Shown: in pieces, positions 23,613 through 44,712 of the stretch
Layout: the number at the start of each line of letters is the position of its first letter
Numbering within the stretch: position 1 is the stretch's first letter
NCBI GenBank assembly: GCA_014905635.1
Contig: JABVCE010000017.1
Coordinates: 1 to 64,000 of the forward strand
DNA from: Scenedesmus sp. PABB004
Taxonomy: Eukaryota
Length of the DNA: 64,000 nucleotides
Direction: 5' to 3'
Notes under the pieces: model-generated
Seen by the model: only the letters and a program-made list of their open reading frames with translations
Database searches by the model: none
Told to the model about the DNA's origin: nothing
Made by a program: the position numbers and the translations under genes

Positions 23613-26111
23613 TCACGCCGACGCCGGCGAACGGCAGCACACGGGCGACGCGATAACAGCGCAGTCGCCGCCCGTGGCCGCGGTCTTGGCCGCGCCGCAC
23701 ACGACCGCGGCGCGGGGGACGATGTCGGAAAGCATCAAGCTCACCCCGCCATAGTCGGCCGTGCCGGGCCCCAGGCACGACACGAAGCACCGCCCGCCCG
23801 CGAGCGCCGTGCCGGCGGGGCAGTTGGCCGCCTCGGTCGCCGACGCGGTGTAAACCTCGCGGCCGCCGTCGCCTGCGCCGCGGGGCGGGGCGGGGCGGGG
23901 TTTGCGGGCGGTGCAGGGTTTAGGTTTCCAGGGGCTCAGGGGTTCAGGAGGGGGGCGCAGGGTTGACGGAGGCGGCGCGGGCTGTGTGCCCTGCGCGCGC
24001 GCGCCCACGCGAGGCATTGCGTGCCCCGAGGGATCTTCAATCCTAAACGCCCACCTGCCGCGATGAGCGCCTGGGAGACATTGCCCAGCATCAGGCCGGT
24101 CGCGTAGTCGGCGCACGCGCCCGCGGGGCCGGGCGGGCCGCGCGGGCCGGCGGGGCCTGGCGGCGGCGCGGCGGCGGCCGCGGCGGCGTGTGCATGAGCG
24201 GGGGCGGCGCAGCTGCAGCGCGCGCGAGGCTGCGCGCGGCGGGCGCGGCGGGCGCGGCGCGCACCTGCCGGGCCGGCAGGGCCGGCGGGGCCGGCGGGGC
24301 CGGCCGCCGCGGCGTGCGCGCCCGCTGGGCCGGCCACACGCAGGCCCGCGGCGAGCGCGGGCTCGGCGGGCGCGGCGAGCGCGGCCACCACGGCGCGGCC
24401 GCCGTCGGGCGCGGGCTTGCCCCCCGCCGCCGCCGCGGCCCGCGCGCCGGGCAGCATGGCCGACAGCGCCGCCGCGGCCGCGCGGACGTCCTTCAGTGCG
24501 TCGGCTGCGGGGCGGCACGGCGCGGCGCGGCGCGGCGCGGCGCGGCGCGGCGCGGCGTGGCGCCGGGGTCAGGCCTCCCGGCTCGAGCGCGCTGCGCAGC
24601 TTCTCTCCACACCCCGCACAAAGACACGCGCAGACACATAGACGCGCAGACTGGCAGACCGCCCCTGCGCGCGCACCGTTGGCGTCCGTCTGCGCAGCCA
24701 GCTGCTGCGCCTGCTTCACCGTCGGCTTGAGCATCGCGCTCAGCGCCGCGGCGGCGGCCTTCACCTCCACCAAGCTCGGCTGCGCGCCGCCGCCGCCGCC
24801 GGGCTTGGCCGCTGCGCGGGCGGTGGTGGCGCGCGGGCGGGCGGGGCGGCGGCGGTGGGCGGGGTGCGCGGCGCGGCGAGGCGGCGGCGCGGGGCGCCCG
24901 CGCGCGGCCGCGCACCCTGCTGCTGCGCGGGCGCCGCGGCCTTGCCGCCGGCGGCGGCGCCGCCGCCGCCGGTGTGGACCACCAGGTCTGCCTTGCCCGC
25001 CGCCAGCGCGGCCGGGTCGGGCGGCGCGCTGCCGCCGGGCGCGCCGCCAGCATCGGTCGGGCCCAGCTGCAGGCCCGGCGCCACGGTGAGGAGCTGGTCG
25101 AACAGCGCGTCTGCGGCGGCGTGATTGGCGGTGCGCGCGCGAGAGTGAGCTTTGAGTGAGCCGCCGCCGCGCCCTGGACCGGGCCACAGGCGGGCGCCAC
25201 GGCCGCCGCGGTGGCCGCACCCGTCGCGTCGCCCGGCGGCGTGGCGTCGGACGGCTCGCGAGGCTCCACCGGCGCGCTCGGCGCGACCAGCGGCTGCTTC
25301 TGCGGCGCAGGCGGCAGCACGCCCGCCGCGGGCCGCGCCGGCTCCACGCGGCGCGGGGCCGCGGGCGCCGGCTGCTTGGCGGCGGCGGGGTCGGGCTTGC
25401 GCGGCGCGGGCGCCGGCGCCACGTGCTTGGCCTGCGCCTGCTGCTTGGCCTGCGCCTGCTGCTTGGCCAGCGCCGCCTGCTTGGCAAGGGCCGCCTGCTT
25501 GGCCTGGGCCGCCTGCTTGGCCAGCGCAGCCTGCTTGTCGAGGGCGGCCTGCTTGGCCTTGAGCTGCTCCCGCAGCTGCGCCTCGCGCTGCTGCTGCTCC
25601 AGCTTGGCCTGCGCGTCCCGCTCCTCACGCAGCTTGGTGATGAGCAGCTGCATCACCGCCGCCGTCGACGGCCCCGCGGCGGCGGGCGCGGGCTTGGCCG
25701 CCGCCGCCGCCGGCTTGGCCGCGGGCTTGGCCGCCACGGCCGCGGGCTTGGCCGCCGCGGCCGCGCGGCTCGGCGCCGGCGCGGGCGGGCTCGCGCTGCG
25801 CCAGCAGACGCCGCCGCTCCACAGCAGGCCGGCCTTGGCGCAGGCGTCAGAGCCGGCGATGCCCTTGGCAGGCTCCAGCGCCGCGAGGAGCGCGCGGCGT
25901 GCGCCCGCCGCGCTGCCCGCCGCCGGCTCGGCGGTGGCGGCGGCTGCGGAGGTGCGCGGAGTGGGTGGAGGAGGGTTGAGAGCAGCGGGAGCAGCTGCGG
26001 GGCGGCGGGGGAGGGGCAGGGGCCCGCCGCGCCGCGCGGCCAGCGGCGCGGCCGCGCACCTGCGAGCGCCGCCGCCAGCAGGAGGCCGCGCAGGGCCCGC
26101 GTGCGTGCCAT
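23613..26111 (-). CDS. Unknown secreted protein with AKQ-rich coiled coil, short collagen-like Gly-X-Y runs and a Cys-rich C-terminus; multi-exon
   Basis: Signal peptide MARTRALRGLLLAAALA; (LAKQAA)n; GPAGPAGPAGPAG and GPAGPRGPPGPAG; terminal exon CPAGTALAGGRCFVSC...CAVIASPVCC. Confidence 0.6.
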
Positions 26112-26656
26112 GCGGGCTGTCACAGCTGAGTAAGCCAGCTCGGCGCGCGCGGCTGGCGTGGGCTCAGCGCGCGCCGGGGCGCGGGGTGGGCGCGCTCGCG
26201 GGACGCGGCCGCTGCGGGCCGAGGGCGCGGCGCTGCTGGCCGCGGCGAGGGCCGCTCTGTGAGCTCAACGCGAGTCCACGGGCGAAGCTGGCGGCAGCGG
26301 AACGTTCGGGGCGAGCACTAACGCCGGGCCGCAGTAGAGCCCCGACCCCCGCGCAGCGGGGCCGGGGCGGCGCGCGATCGAGCGCGCGACGAGATGCATC
26401 GCACAGCGCGAGCTCCACGGCGCGGCCGCCGCGACAGCGGCTGCAGCGAGCCCGCCGCCGGCGCCGGCGCGCGCGCCGTCGCTCGATTCGCGCGCCACGC
26501 CCTGTTGCAGAGCTGGGGCCGACCTCCCCTCAGCGCCTCTCTCTCTCTCTCCCTGCCTCTCGCTCGCTCACCGCGCGCTGCAGCTCAGCGCAGCCGCCCC
26601 GGCCGCGCAGCGCTCAGCCGCCGCCCGTGGCGCCGACCTGGGCCGCGAGCTTTGCC

Positions 26657-28847
26657 TCAGTCGCCGCCCTTGGCGCCCACCTGGGCCGCGAGCTTGATAA
26701 AAACCTCCTCCAGCGTCGCGTGCGCGACCGCCCAGTCGAGCACGCGCAGCGGGCCGCCGCCGGCCTCGCTCCCGCCGCCGCCGCCGCCGGCCTCGCTGCC
26801 GCCGCCGCCGGCCTCGCCGTCGCTGCCGCCGGCCTCGCTGCCGCCGCGCTCGCTGCCGCCAGCCTCGCTCCCGCCGCCGCCGCCGCCGGCCTCGCTGCCG
26901 CCGCCGCCGGCCTCGCTGCCGCCGGCCTCGCCGTCGCTGCCGCCGGCCTCGCTGCCGCCGCCCGCGGCCTCCGCCTCGGCCATGACCGTGAACACCCGGC
27001 TCAGGCTCACCTGCGGCGTGCGCAGCGCGGCCCGGGCGTCGGCGCCGCCGCCGCCGCCGCCCTGCCGCTGCGGCCAGCCCCGCCGGCGCTGCGGCGCAAA
27101 CCCTGTGCGCGCGCGCCCCCGTGCCCCACAGGCGCGTGCCCGTGCCCCGCGCCCGAGCCCCTTGACCCTAAACCCCACGCACCTCGCTCGTCGGCAGCTC
27201 GTACTTCAGCGTGCCGCCCACGCTGTAGGTCAGCCGCGCGCCGGGCGCGAGCCGGCCCGTCACGAGGCCCGCCGCGGACGCCTCCTGCCCGCGGGCACCG
27301 TGATGGTGAACACCTGGGCGTGCCGGCGGCGGCAGGCCGCAGACGGCGGCAGGCGGGCGGGCGGGCGGCGGCCGCTCGGCGGGCGGCGCGCCGCGCCGCC
27401 CCGGGCCGGCCGCGCGCGCGCGCTTGGCCGGCCCGGCGCCCGAGGCGCAGCCGCCGCCGGCGTGCGTGCGTGCGCCGGCGCGCCGCGCGCTCCCCGCACC
27501 AGGAAGCGCCCGCAGCGGCGCGTGATGTCGGCGGGCGTGCCCACCGCGACGAGGCGGCCACCCACAAAGATGCCGAGCCGGTCGCACAGCGCCTCCGCCT
27601 CCTCCATGCTGGTGTGTGTGTGTGCGGGGGGGGGGGGGGGGGGGCGGGGGGGGCGCGGGGTTTAGGGTTGAGCAGGGCATGGAGGGCGCGGCAGCGCGGG
27701 GGGGCCTTGTGTGAAGGCGGGGCCGCCGGGCGCCGGGTTTAGGCCCCTAACCGGGGAGGCGCGGCTGAGAGCGGCGCGGCAAGGATCCGGGGCCCGAGGC
27801 GCGCGCGAGAGAGGAGCGGCGCCCACGCCCTCCGCCGACCCCCCCCCCCCCCCCACCCCACACACACGTGCGCGCGCACCTGTGCGTGGTGAGCACGATT
27901 GCGCGGCCGGGCTTGTTGCGCCGCACGGCGTCCCACAGGCTGCGCCGCGACGCGGGGTCGAGGCCCTGCGCGGCGGCGGCGGCGACGCCGACGGCGGACG
28001 CGGCTCGGTGGCCGACGCATCCAGCCAGGCGCGGCGCGGGCTGCGCTGGCGCTCCCCCCCCCCCCCCCCAAAAAAAAACCTCGGCCCTGACGCACCCTGG
28101 TGGGGTTTAAACCCTTAAGCCCCACACGCACCGTGCTGGGTTCGTCGAGGAACACGACGGCCGGGTGTCCCACAAACGCGATCGCCACGCTCAGGCGGCG
28201 CTTCATGCCGCCACTGAAGTGGCGGACCTGGGGGCGGGCGGGGTTTAGGAGGTGTTTAGGGTTTAGGGTTTAGGGTTTGAGCGGGTCAGGGTTTGGGCAG
28301 GGCCGTCGCAGCGGCTCTGAGGGGGGATTGGGAGCGCAACGCGGAGCGCCAGCGCGAGGGGGGCGGGGCGGGGAGGGCGCAGCCGACGCCGGGCGCGGCG
28401 CGGCGCGGCGTGGCGCGGCGCGGCGCGGGCCGCGCCTGCTGCTGCGGCGCGGCGCGGCGGCGCGCGCGGCGCCGCCCTTGGCGCCGCCGCCGCCGGCGCC
28501 GGCGGTGCCGTGGCTCCACAGGTTGACCGCGCGCAGCGACGCCCCCACTGCGTCCTCGAGCGCGGCGCCTGCGGGGTTCAAAGCCGACGGCGGCGGCGGC
28601 GGCGCGCGTGGGCAGGCGCCGCCCCCGCACTGCGCCGCGCCTGGCCGCGCCGCCCCGAGCCTGCCAGCCACCTGGGGCCGCCCGCAAGACCCTGTACCCT
28701 GTACCCCGTGCCCCGGCCTAAACCCCGCACCCGTGAGGCCCTTGAGGCGGCCATAGAACCGCAGGTGCTCCTCCGCTGTGAGCGTCTCCCACAGCCGGTC
28801 GTCCTGGGGGCAGCTGCCCAGCAGCGTGTACGCCGCGCCTGGCGTGT

Positions 28848-28878
<31 letters not shown>

Positions 28879-31800
28879 GCGGCGCGGTGCTGGCGCCGCG
28901 AGCGCCGCGGCGGCGGCAGCACCGGCGGCGGCGGCCTGGGCCGCGCGGCGTGCGCGCGCCCGCCCCCGCCCGCGCACCGAGCTCGCGCGTGACGTCGTGC
29001 CCGCCCAGCAGCGCGGTGCCGCCGCTCGGGGCAGCAGCCCAGTCATCATGTGCAGGCTCGTGGACTTGCCGGCGCCTGAGGGTATTGGGGTCGGCGGGGC
29101 GCAGGGTTTAGGTTGCCGGCGGCGACGGGCCCCAGCGGGGGGGCGCGGCGCGCAGCGGCGCGGAGCTGCAGCGGGGCGGCGCGGCGCGGCGCGGAGCGGA
29201 GCGGCTGGCCTGGCGGCGCACCGTTGGGTCCAAGCAGTCCGAAGCACTCGCCGCGCCGGATGGCCAGGTCCAGCGACGCGACCGCGAGCTGGGGGGCAGG
29301 GCGGGCGGCGGCGGTGCGCTCAGCAGGGTGGGGGCGGCGGCGGCGGCGGCGCGCTCAGCAGGGTGGGGGCGGCGGCGAGCTCAGCAGAGTGGGGCGGCGG
29401 CGCGCTCAGCAGGGTGGGGGCGGGGGCGCGCTCAGCAGGGTGGGGCGGGGGCGCGCTCAGCAGGGGCTGCGGGGAGTCAAAACCTTGCGCGCACCTTGGG
29501 CGGCTGGCCTTCGACGCTGGGAAAGGTCTTGCGCAGCCCCCGGACCACGATCGGGTGCGCCGCCAGCCCCGCCAGCCCGCCGCTGCCGCCGCTGCCGCTG
29601 CCGCCGCCGCCGCGCGCCAGCGCCTCAACGCGGCGCCGCTCCGCCGCGACGTCCGGGGGCTCGCCGCCGCCGGCGTCGCCGTTGGTCGCGCCGCCGGCGC
29701 CGCCATTGGCGTCATGCGGCGCCTGCTGCTGCTGCTGCTGCTCCCCAGACGCCGCCTTGCCCCCGGCGGCGGCGCCGCCGCCACCGGCAGCAGCGCGGCG
29801 CCGGCGGCGCCGCCGGCGGCGCGCCGCCGCGCCGGCCAGCAGCGGCGCGCGGCGGCCGCGCCGCGCGCGCCGCGGCGCCGCAGCGCCCGCGCCCGCGCCC
29901 GCCGCCGGCGCCGGTGTCGAGCGCGCGCTCCAGCCACCAGGCGAGGGCCATGAACACCACCCACTCCCCCGCCAGCACGCCCCACACCTGGGGTTGAGGG
30001 TTTTGGGCGACGGGCGGGCACCGGCGGCGCGGCGGGCGGTCGCGGGCGGCGGGGCGTCGGGGGGGGGGGGGGGGGGGGCGCCGCGCGGGAGCAACGCTCT
30101 CTCCAACCCCCACAAAAACAAACCGCGCCGGCCCCCAAAGCCCCTGCCAACCCCCAGAGCCCTGCTGGGCCCTGCTGGGCCCTGCTGAGCCCGCGGCGGC
30201 AGCAATGCGCGCCTGGGGCATGCCGTTGCCGGCGTCGCCCAGGTTGGCGAGGGCCATGCCGGCCGTGCCGCGGTACACGCCGACAAAGGCGTACTCGCCC
30301 ATCTCGTACAGGCCGCTGCGGTTTGAACGGGGTTTGAACGCGGTTTGAACGGGGGCGGGGTTTGAACGTGGCGGGTGTTTGAATGGGGAGGGGGGGGGGG
30401 GGGTGAGAATTTGAAAGGGAAAGATGAGCGCCAGCGCGCGGGGGCCGGGGCTGAGCTGCTGCTGCGGCGCACCCCCCCCCCCCGGGCGGCGCGTGCGCGC
30501 GCGCACCGGAAGAGCGCGAACGAGGGCACGAGCTGCAGCAGGCTCGCGTACCACGCGCCCGCGCTCGCGAGCTGGCCGAGCAGCAGGCTGCCGACGAGGC
30601 CGCTGCCAAAGACGAGCACGTACGCCGCGACCGCGGCGGTGCGGGCGCTGCCAAAGACGCTGCTCAGCAGGAACGCCTGCGCCGCGGGAGGGCGTGGGTG
30701 GGCGCGGGTGTGGGTGGGTGGGTGGGTGGGTGGGTGGGTGGGTGGTGGGTGGGTAGGGGGGGGGGGGCTCAGAGGCCTCCGCGGCGCCGGGGCGCCCGGG
30801 GCGAGCGCAGCGCCCCGGCGCCGCGGGCTGCGTGAGTCCCCCACGGCCATGCCGTGCCGCGCCCTGGACCCTAAACCCTGCCGCCGCGCACCTGGGCGAT
30901 GAGGTTGTTGCCAAAGAGCACGTAGAAGACGAGCTGCACCACTGCGGGGGGAGGGGTTTAGAGGGAGGCAGGGTTTAGGGCTTAGGGGCGGTTGGCTTGC
31001 TTTCTCATGTCACGTGTTGCTTGGGGTGCGGCCGCGGCGCCGCGCCACGCCCCGCGGCCGCCGCAAGGCAAAACACACGCCGCCGCGCCGCCGCCGCCGC
31101 GCCGCACCGTAGCTCGTCCGCGTCAGCAGGTTGAGCCGCACCGCGGAGCCAAAGGCCACAAACACGGCCATGTAGGCAATGTACAGGGCCCCGAACCAGG
31201 CGTACATGACGCTCCAGTAGGCGGCGTGGGAGAGGCCATGCATGCGCATCATCACGCGCAGCCCCGCCTCCTTCTCGTACACCAGCTGCACCAGGCTGGC
31301 GGTTTAGGGGGCGCACGCGCGGGGTTTAGGTGGCGGGGCAGGGCGGAGGGGTGTTAGTTTATTGTTAGTCAGGGTGTTGAGGCTGGGGTTGGAAGTGATG
31401 AGTTGAGAGGGGGGAGGGGGATTGGAAGGGTTGAGAGGCGCTGGGCGGCGCGCACCCCTGCGCGGCCCCGCGGCCCAGCTGCCGCTGCCGCGCCCCGCCG
31501 CCCTATCCCCCCCCCCCCCCCCCCCCGCCGCTCACAAGACGGGCAGCAGGAGCTGCGCGACCCAGGTGAAGAAGAGGGGGCCCAGCAGGGCGCTGAAGTC
31601 GACCGCCACGACGCTCGCCGGCTTGGGCACCTCCATCACGCCCAGCAGCTCCGCCGCGTAGCCCTCGCCTAACAGGGGTTTGATCAAAGGTTTTTGGGGT
31701 TAAAGCAGGGTTTTGGTTTTTGGGGTTAAAGCAGGGTTTTGGGTGCGCGTGGGTTAGTGGGCGTGGGCGGGGGCGTGCGGGCGTGTGGGCGCGGGGGCTG

Positions 31801-34373
31801 GCGGCGGGCCGGGGGCGCGAGGGCTGGCGGGCTGGGGGCGGGCGCGGCCGCCGATCCCCCACGGCGCTCGGCCCCGAGCCCCGACCGCCACCCGCGCGTC
31901 TGCCCCGCGCGCCCGCCCCCCGCGCGCGCGCACCCAGCACGGCGGCCAGCCAGCTGTTGATCGCCATGTTGAGGGCCTGGGGGATGCGCTGGTAGAAGGT
32001 GGGAATCTGGGGGGACGACCGGGGGCAGGGTTGAGGGTTGAGGGTTCAGGGTTTTGGGGTGCGAGGGGCGGGCGGCGCGCAGGGGACGACAGAACAACGA
32101 CGTTGCTGTCCCAGCGACGTTGCTTGCTGTCCCAGCAACGTTCATTGCTGTCCCAGCGACGTGTGCAACACAGATCGTTTCTAAAGATCAAAGCCGCCAC
32201 CCACCTGGCGGCGAGGGATGCCGTAGGTGTCGTTGAAATAGACGGCCGGCGCGAAGCGCCGCGGCCCGCTGTCGCGCCAGTCGTACGCGGCTGCGGCCGG
32301 GGTTTGAACGGGGTTTGAACGGCGGCGGCAGCAGCAGAGGCGGCGGCGGCGGTGTGTGTGGGGGGGGGGGGGGGGGGGAAGGTTGTCGAGGGGCAGCGCG
32401 CGGGTGGGGCTGGGGGGCCCCCGGCGGCGGCGGCGCGCGCGGGCGCGGCGCTGGGGGTGCGTGGCCTGCAGGCGGGGGCGCCCGGGCTCAGGCTCGCCAG
32501 ACGGCAGGCCACGCACCCCCGGCCCGCGCCCGCGCCGCCCGCGCCGCGCGCGCTCTGCCCGCCCGCCCGCTGCGCCGCAATAACAAAAACCCGCGCCACC
32601 CGGAGCAAACAAAACCCTGCGCGCCGCCGCCGCCGCCAAAACCCTGCGTCCTCGCCTGCATACTGGTTGGTCGCCGTCGTGCCGTTGCAGCGCGCCTGGG
32701 CGTAGCCGCAGTACAGCGCGCGCTGCAGCGCCGCCGCGTCGGGCTCCGGCTCCAGCACCACGTCGGTGCAGTTGATCGCGATCAAACCCCCGGCAGGTGC
32801 AGAGCCGCCGCCGCTGCTGCTGCTGCTGCTGCTGCGGCCGGCCGCGTTGCCGCCGCCGCCCGGGGAGATCAGGTCGCCTGCGCCGCGGCGCGCGCGGGCA
32901 GCGCGGTCGGCCGGGAGGGGCCGCTGCTGCTGCCGCTGCCGCCGCGGCCGCGGGCGCGCCCCGCGGGCGCCCGCCGCCGCACCCGCCGCGGCGGTGAGCA
33001 GCACGTTGAGCGCGGCCGCCGTGTCGGGCGGGTTTGAAGCGTTGACCAGCGCGGCCAGCATGGTCGGCAGGCTCGTGTTGTGCTTGGCCGGCCCCGCCAG
33101 GCCGAGCGCGTCGCACGTGCCGTTCGGCCACAGCGCAAAGAGCGTCCCCTGATGGCAGGCGGGGTTAAGGGGTGCGGGCGCGTGGGCGGGTGATTGAGTG
33201 AGCGAGCGGACGCGCGGCGGTGGGCGCACGGGCGGGCGTGCGAGGCGCCGCCCCGGCAGCGCAAGCATCTGAACCCTGGAACCCTGAACGCCCCTCGGCG
33301 CCCTCAGCCCACAACCCTGCGCCCGGCGGCTCCCCGCGCCGCCGCACGTTTGGCGCGAGCGCGCTCTCCAGGAACAGGCCGGCCTGGATCCAGCTGCTCG
33401 TCCCCAGCCGGCGCAGGCCGAGCAGGCCGAGCAGCTCCCCCGGCACCGCCGCGGCGTCAGACGCGCCGACGCTCGCTGCAAAGGCCTCCTGGTAGCCCCG
33501 CGCGGCGCCGAGGACCTCCGGCGTGACCGCCGGCGGCGGCAGCAGGCGCGCCGAGAGCGCGCCCGCGGCGGTGAGGTTGGCGCCGGTGTATAGAACAGTC
33601 GCGGCGGGCGCCGCGGGCGACGCGCGCCGGTCCTCGCGCGGCGTCTGCGCGCCGGCGGGCGGGCGCGGCGGCGGCAGCGCGGCGCGGCCGGCGGCGGCGC
33701 GTGGGCGCCGCGCGCGGTGCGTGCTGTGCGCCCCCGCGCCCCGCGTCGCGCCGCGCCTGCAGGATGGGCGGCCACGAGCTGGGGTGGGGGATGGCGCAAA
33801 AGAAGCTCTGCCGCGGCGTGGAATAGGCCAGACCGCACGCGCTCGCGTTGCGCGCGAGGCAGCGCGCCGGCGGCTCGCACGTGCCGCGCGGCAGCGACGT
33901 GCAGTTGCCCGCGTCGCCGCGCCAGCAGCAGGCCGTGCACTGGCAGCCGCACTGCGCGGCGCGGGGGCGCGGGCGCGCGGCGGGCGCGCGGTGGGCGCGG
34001 CGGCGCCGGCGCGCCGCGACCGCGCGGCGGCCCCGGCACCCGAGCGCCGCCGGCGGTTTAGGGGCGGGCCAGCGGTCTGGGCCCTACACCCCACCTCAAA
34101 GTCGGGGCCTTTGAGCAGCAGATTGTTGACCGCGAGCTGTATGGCCAGCAGTATTAGGCAGAACACCACCGGCGCGCTCAGCAGGCACACGTTGCTCAGC
34201 GCGGCGCGGCGCTGATAGGCCGCGTTCTTGCGCACCAGCGCGCCCGCCTGCCGCGCGAGCCCCGGCGCGCGGGGCGCCGCGGCGGCCGCGGCCGCGGCGG
34301 CGGGCTGCGGCGGCGCGGCCGCCGCGGGCGCGGGCGCCGGCGCGGCGGCCACGCGCGCAGCGCCGTCCATCAT
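26657..34373 (-). CDS. Half-size ABCA transporter (one TMD and one NBD), many exons
   Basis: [30 protein letters not shown]; Walker [16 protein letters not shown]; signature [14 protein letters not shown]; Walker [38 protein letters not shown]. One apparent 1-nt indel at 29028-29031. Confidence 0.92.
28241..28298. repeat. Interstitial telomere-like (TTTAGGG)n tract in an ABCA intron
   Basis: gggtttaggaggtgtttagggtttagggtttagggtttga. Confidence 0.85.
29317..29466. repeat. Intronic minisatellite, about 5 copies of a 24-33 nt unit with core gctcagcagggtgggg
   Basis: The repeated core is visible directly in the sequence. Confidence 0.85.
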
Positions 34374-35139
34374 CGCCGCTCGCTGCCCGCGCTCGCTGGG
34401 TCAGCAGACGCCGTGGAGCAGCCGCGCCGGCACCACCATGCCGGGCTCACGCCCTGCGGCGCGGCCGGGCGTGAGCCTCCAGCCGCGGCGGCTCGCGCGC
34501 GCCCCGCGAGCCGGGGCGCCGCCCACCACGCACGCTGCTGTCGCCGCCGCGCCGCCGCCCGCCGGCGGCGTTCGTCACGCGCTGCTCAGCCACACGCGCT
34601 ACGCACTGGCGTATCCGCTTCACCCGACGCCCGCAGCCGCGAGGGGTGGGCGGGCGGCCGCCTGGCGGCGCGCGGCGCACAAGCGTCGCTGCTGCTCTGC
34701 GCCCGGCGCGGGGGGCGCGGCTGGGGCCGGGCGGAGCTGCGCCAGAGAGTGGGGACCCTGCCATGCGGCGGCCGCGGAGGGCGGGCGATCCGGAGCGCCG
34801 CGAGCTGGGCGGGGGGTTCTGAGCGAACGGCGGCGTCAGAGGCAAAAGCCTTGCTCCGCGCAATTGCCCGCCCGCCAGCTTTGCGCCCCCGGTCAGCTCC
34901 AGAGTCTCCACCACGAGGGCTATCCCTCCGACGAGCGCCTGCCTTGCGCCGCGGCCGTGCAGGGCGCCGCGCAGCAGCAGCAGCAAAGCCACACGCCGCC
35001 GCGCCGCACAGCGCGCGCCCCAGCCCGCAGCGCGCCCTGCTCTGGACAGAGCAGTGGGCTAGCAGTGCGCAGGGGCAGACAGGCCAGCATGCGGAGCGCG
35101 GCGGCGCGGCGTTGACAGCGGAGCAGCGTGCGGACCGCG

Positions 35140-42436
<7,297 letters not shown>

Positions 42437-42767
42437 TGTGAGGGGCGTGATCGCGCGGGGGGCGTGGTCGAGGGCTGCGGGCAGCAGGCAGGTGTGACCC
42501 GACGGCGCGGGCAGGCTGTGAGCGCGGCCGGCCGCCGAGCGTGCGCGGGCGGCGTGCGCAGCCGGCCGGTTGCCAGCACGCGCCGCCCGCCGTCCAAAAC
42601 TGCCCCTCACCCTGCCAACTCTCCTCGCCGCACGGCGCGCACTCAAAAGCCTGCACCCGCGACGCCGCAGGCAGCGCAGCGCGCCCCGCACGCCCGCACA
42701 GCCAGCCGCTGGCCCCGCGCGGCAGGCGCCCCCAGCCTGGTGCAGCGCGGCGCGCGGCCGACCGCAC

Positions 42768-43765
42768 TCAGACGGCGTGCTCCCCCTCCTCACTCTCCCC
42801 GCCCTCGCCCTCGTCCGAGTCCCCCTCGTCCGTTTCCCATTCAGAGTCAGAGCCGTCGTCGGACCGCTCAGGCTGCGCCCTGATCCACGCGACGATTGCC
42901 TCGTGGCCTTCCTCGGCTGCATGACGCTCACAGAGCGAGCGAAACCACGGGCAGCCGTTGGCGCGCAGCCAGCGCAGCGCCTCCAGCTGCCCAACACATG
43001 CCCCGAAGAGGCACCCACACTCGTCCCACGGCGCGGGCTCGGCCTGCGCGCGCGCCCAGCGCAGCATCTCCAGGTCGCCGCGAATCGCGGCAAAAGTGCA
43101 CACGCGGTCGCCCCAGGGCAGCGGCGGCGTCTGGTCGCGCGCCCAGCGCAGCACCGCCATCTGCCCGTATCTGGCTGCTCCCCAACACACGCCCCGCAAG
43201 TCCAGCCCCTCGCCGCACGCCCACTCCACCACGCTAAGGTGGCCGTGCTCTGCTGCTGTCTGGCACACGCTGTCCATGCGGCAGCCGGCGCCGCGCAGCC
43301 AGGCCAGCCCCGCCACGTCGCCGCACGCCGCGCGTGCCCGCGACAGGCGGCGCTGCTGCTCCTCTGGCCCCTCCCCCACCGCCCGCCAGGCCGCCTGCAC
43401 CGCCGCCAGCGGCAGCTCGGGGCAGCTCGTCCGGATGGCTGTGGCGCCGCGGAAGCGCTCGCGCGCCGCCTTGCAGACCAGCCTGGCGTGCCACGCCTGC
43501 AGGGACGGCGGCAGGAAGCCCAGGACGTGGAGCACGAGGGCCTCGGACAGCTCCGGCACCGGGCTGCTGGCACGGTGGCGAGAGCGGGCGGGACGTGGCG
43601 GCGAGCAGTGAGGCGGCGCTGGCTGAGGCCGCTGGACCGTGCGCAGCGCCCGCCTGGCCAGGCAGCACCACCCAGCGGGCGCCAGCAGTGGCAGCGGCGG
43701 CGCGCCCACCTCGCCTCCTCCGCGAGCGTCAGACCGGCGAGCGAGACATCTGCCGGCGAGGACAT
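42768..43765 (-). CDS. Ankyrin-like repeat protein (GCPW-type) with F-box-like N-terminus and acidic tail; 2 exons
   Basis: LSEALVLHVLGFL...ARLVCK (F-box-like); repeats AAEHGHLSVVEWA, AAIRGDLEMLRWAR, GQLEALRWLRANGCPW; intron ~43564-43709. Confidence 0.8.
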
Positions 43766-44712
43766 GGCACCGACTGGGCCTGCAGGGAGCAGGGAGCAGC
43801 AGGCGGCGCGCCGGCAGTGGGTGAGAGCGCGCCAGCGGCGTGAGCGCAGCAGCAGCGGGCCCACCCCCGCCCCGGCGGCGCGGCGCAGCGCCGGGCCTGC
43901 CAGCGGCGCCGGGGAGCGCAGTCACGGCGGAACAAGCGCCACGCCCGCCCGCCCTCCGCGCCGCAGCCGCCCGCCGCCTGAACCAGGCGCCGCGCGGTGC
44001 TGCCCTCGCCGCCTGCCCCGCGCACCGAGCTCGCCTGGCGCTGCGCTGGGTGACACGGCCGGACCGTCGTGCGCCCGCAGGTCGGCGCCCCGCCTGGCCA
44101 GGGGCGCGCCGCGGGCGGGAGGCGGCCGGCGCCGCGCGGCAGCGGGCGGGCGCTGGGCGGCGCGGCGTGCGGGAGGTGCGGGCTGCGGCCGGCGTGCGTG
44201 TGCGTGCTGGCAAGGGGGGCAGAGGGCGGCGGCTGTGGGCTGCCGGGCGGCGCGGGTGGCCTCCCCGGCGGGCGGCTGGCCGGGCGGGGCCTTGGGGGGC
44301 CCTGGGCGCTGCACCGCCCGCCGCACGCCGCACGCCGGGTACTGGGCGTGTGCGCCTGACGACGGGGGGCCCACCGCGGCGACCACGTGCCGCCACCAGG
44401 ATTGACGCGGCGCGCGTTCCACGCGCGCTCTGGGCGGCCGCCGCTTGTCGCGTCGCAGCGACGTCGGCGGCGCCGGGAGGTGGGGTTCACGCTCGGGCCC
44501 GGCGCGCGGCGCCGGCCGGTCTCAAATCAATTCAACCCAGCACACCGGCCGGCGGTCAAAACACGCGGGTTCACCATGGCACACAGTCAGCACTCAACCG
44601 TCACGCCCACCCCCGCACAAAACCTGGAATGCCAGTCAGCCCGGCACGCGCCGCGCCCGCGGGGCTGGGCCTGGGGCTGGGGCGGCCGCGGCGCGGCGCG
44701 CGCGTGGCGCGC

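Noticed and set aside
28241..28298. True chromosome end
   Set aside because: The tract is short, degenerate and inside an intron of an intact gene.
29028..29031. Frameshifts in ABCA (-) here, in ABCA (+) at ~39270 and in the wall protein at ~46155 as programmed frameshifting or pseudogenisation
   Set aside because: They are isolated small indels in homopolymer or GC-repeat contexts within otherwise intact genes. Consensus errors are more likely; reads are needed to decide.
42768..43765. Ankyrin-like gene as a giant-virus insertion
   Set aside because: It has an intron and host-like composition, there are no viral hallmark genes nearby, and the family is common in green algae.
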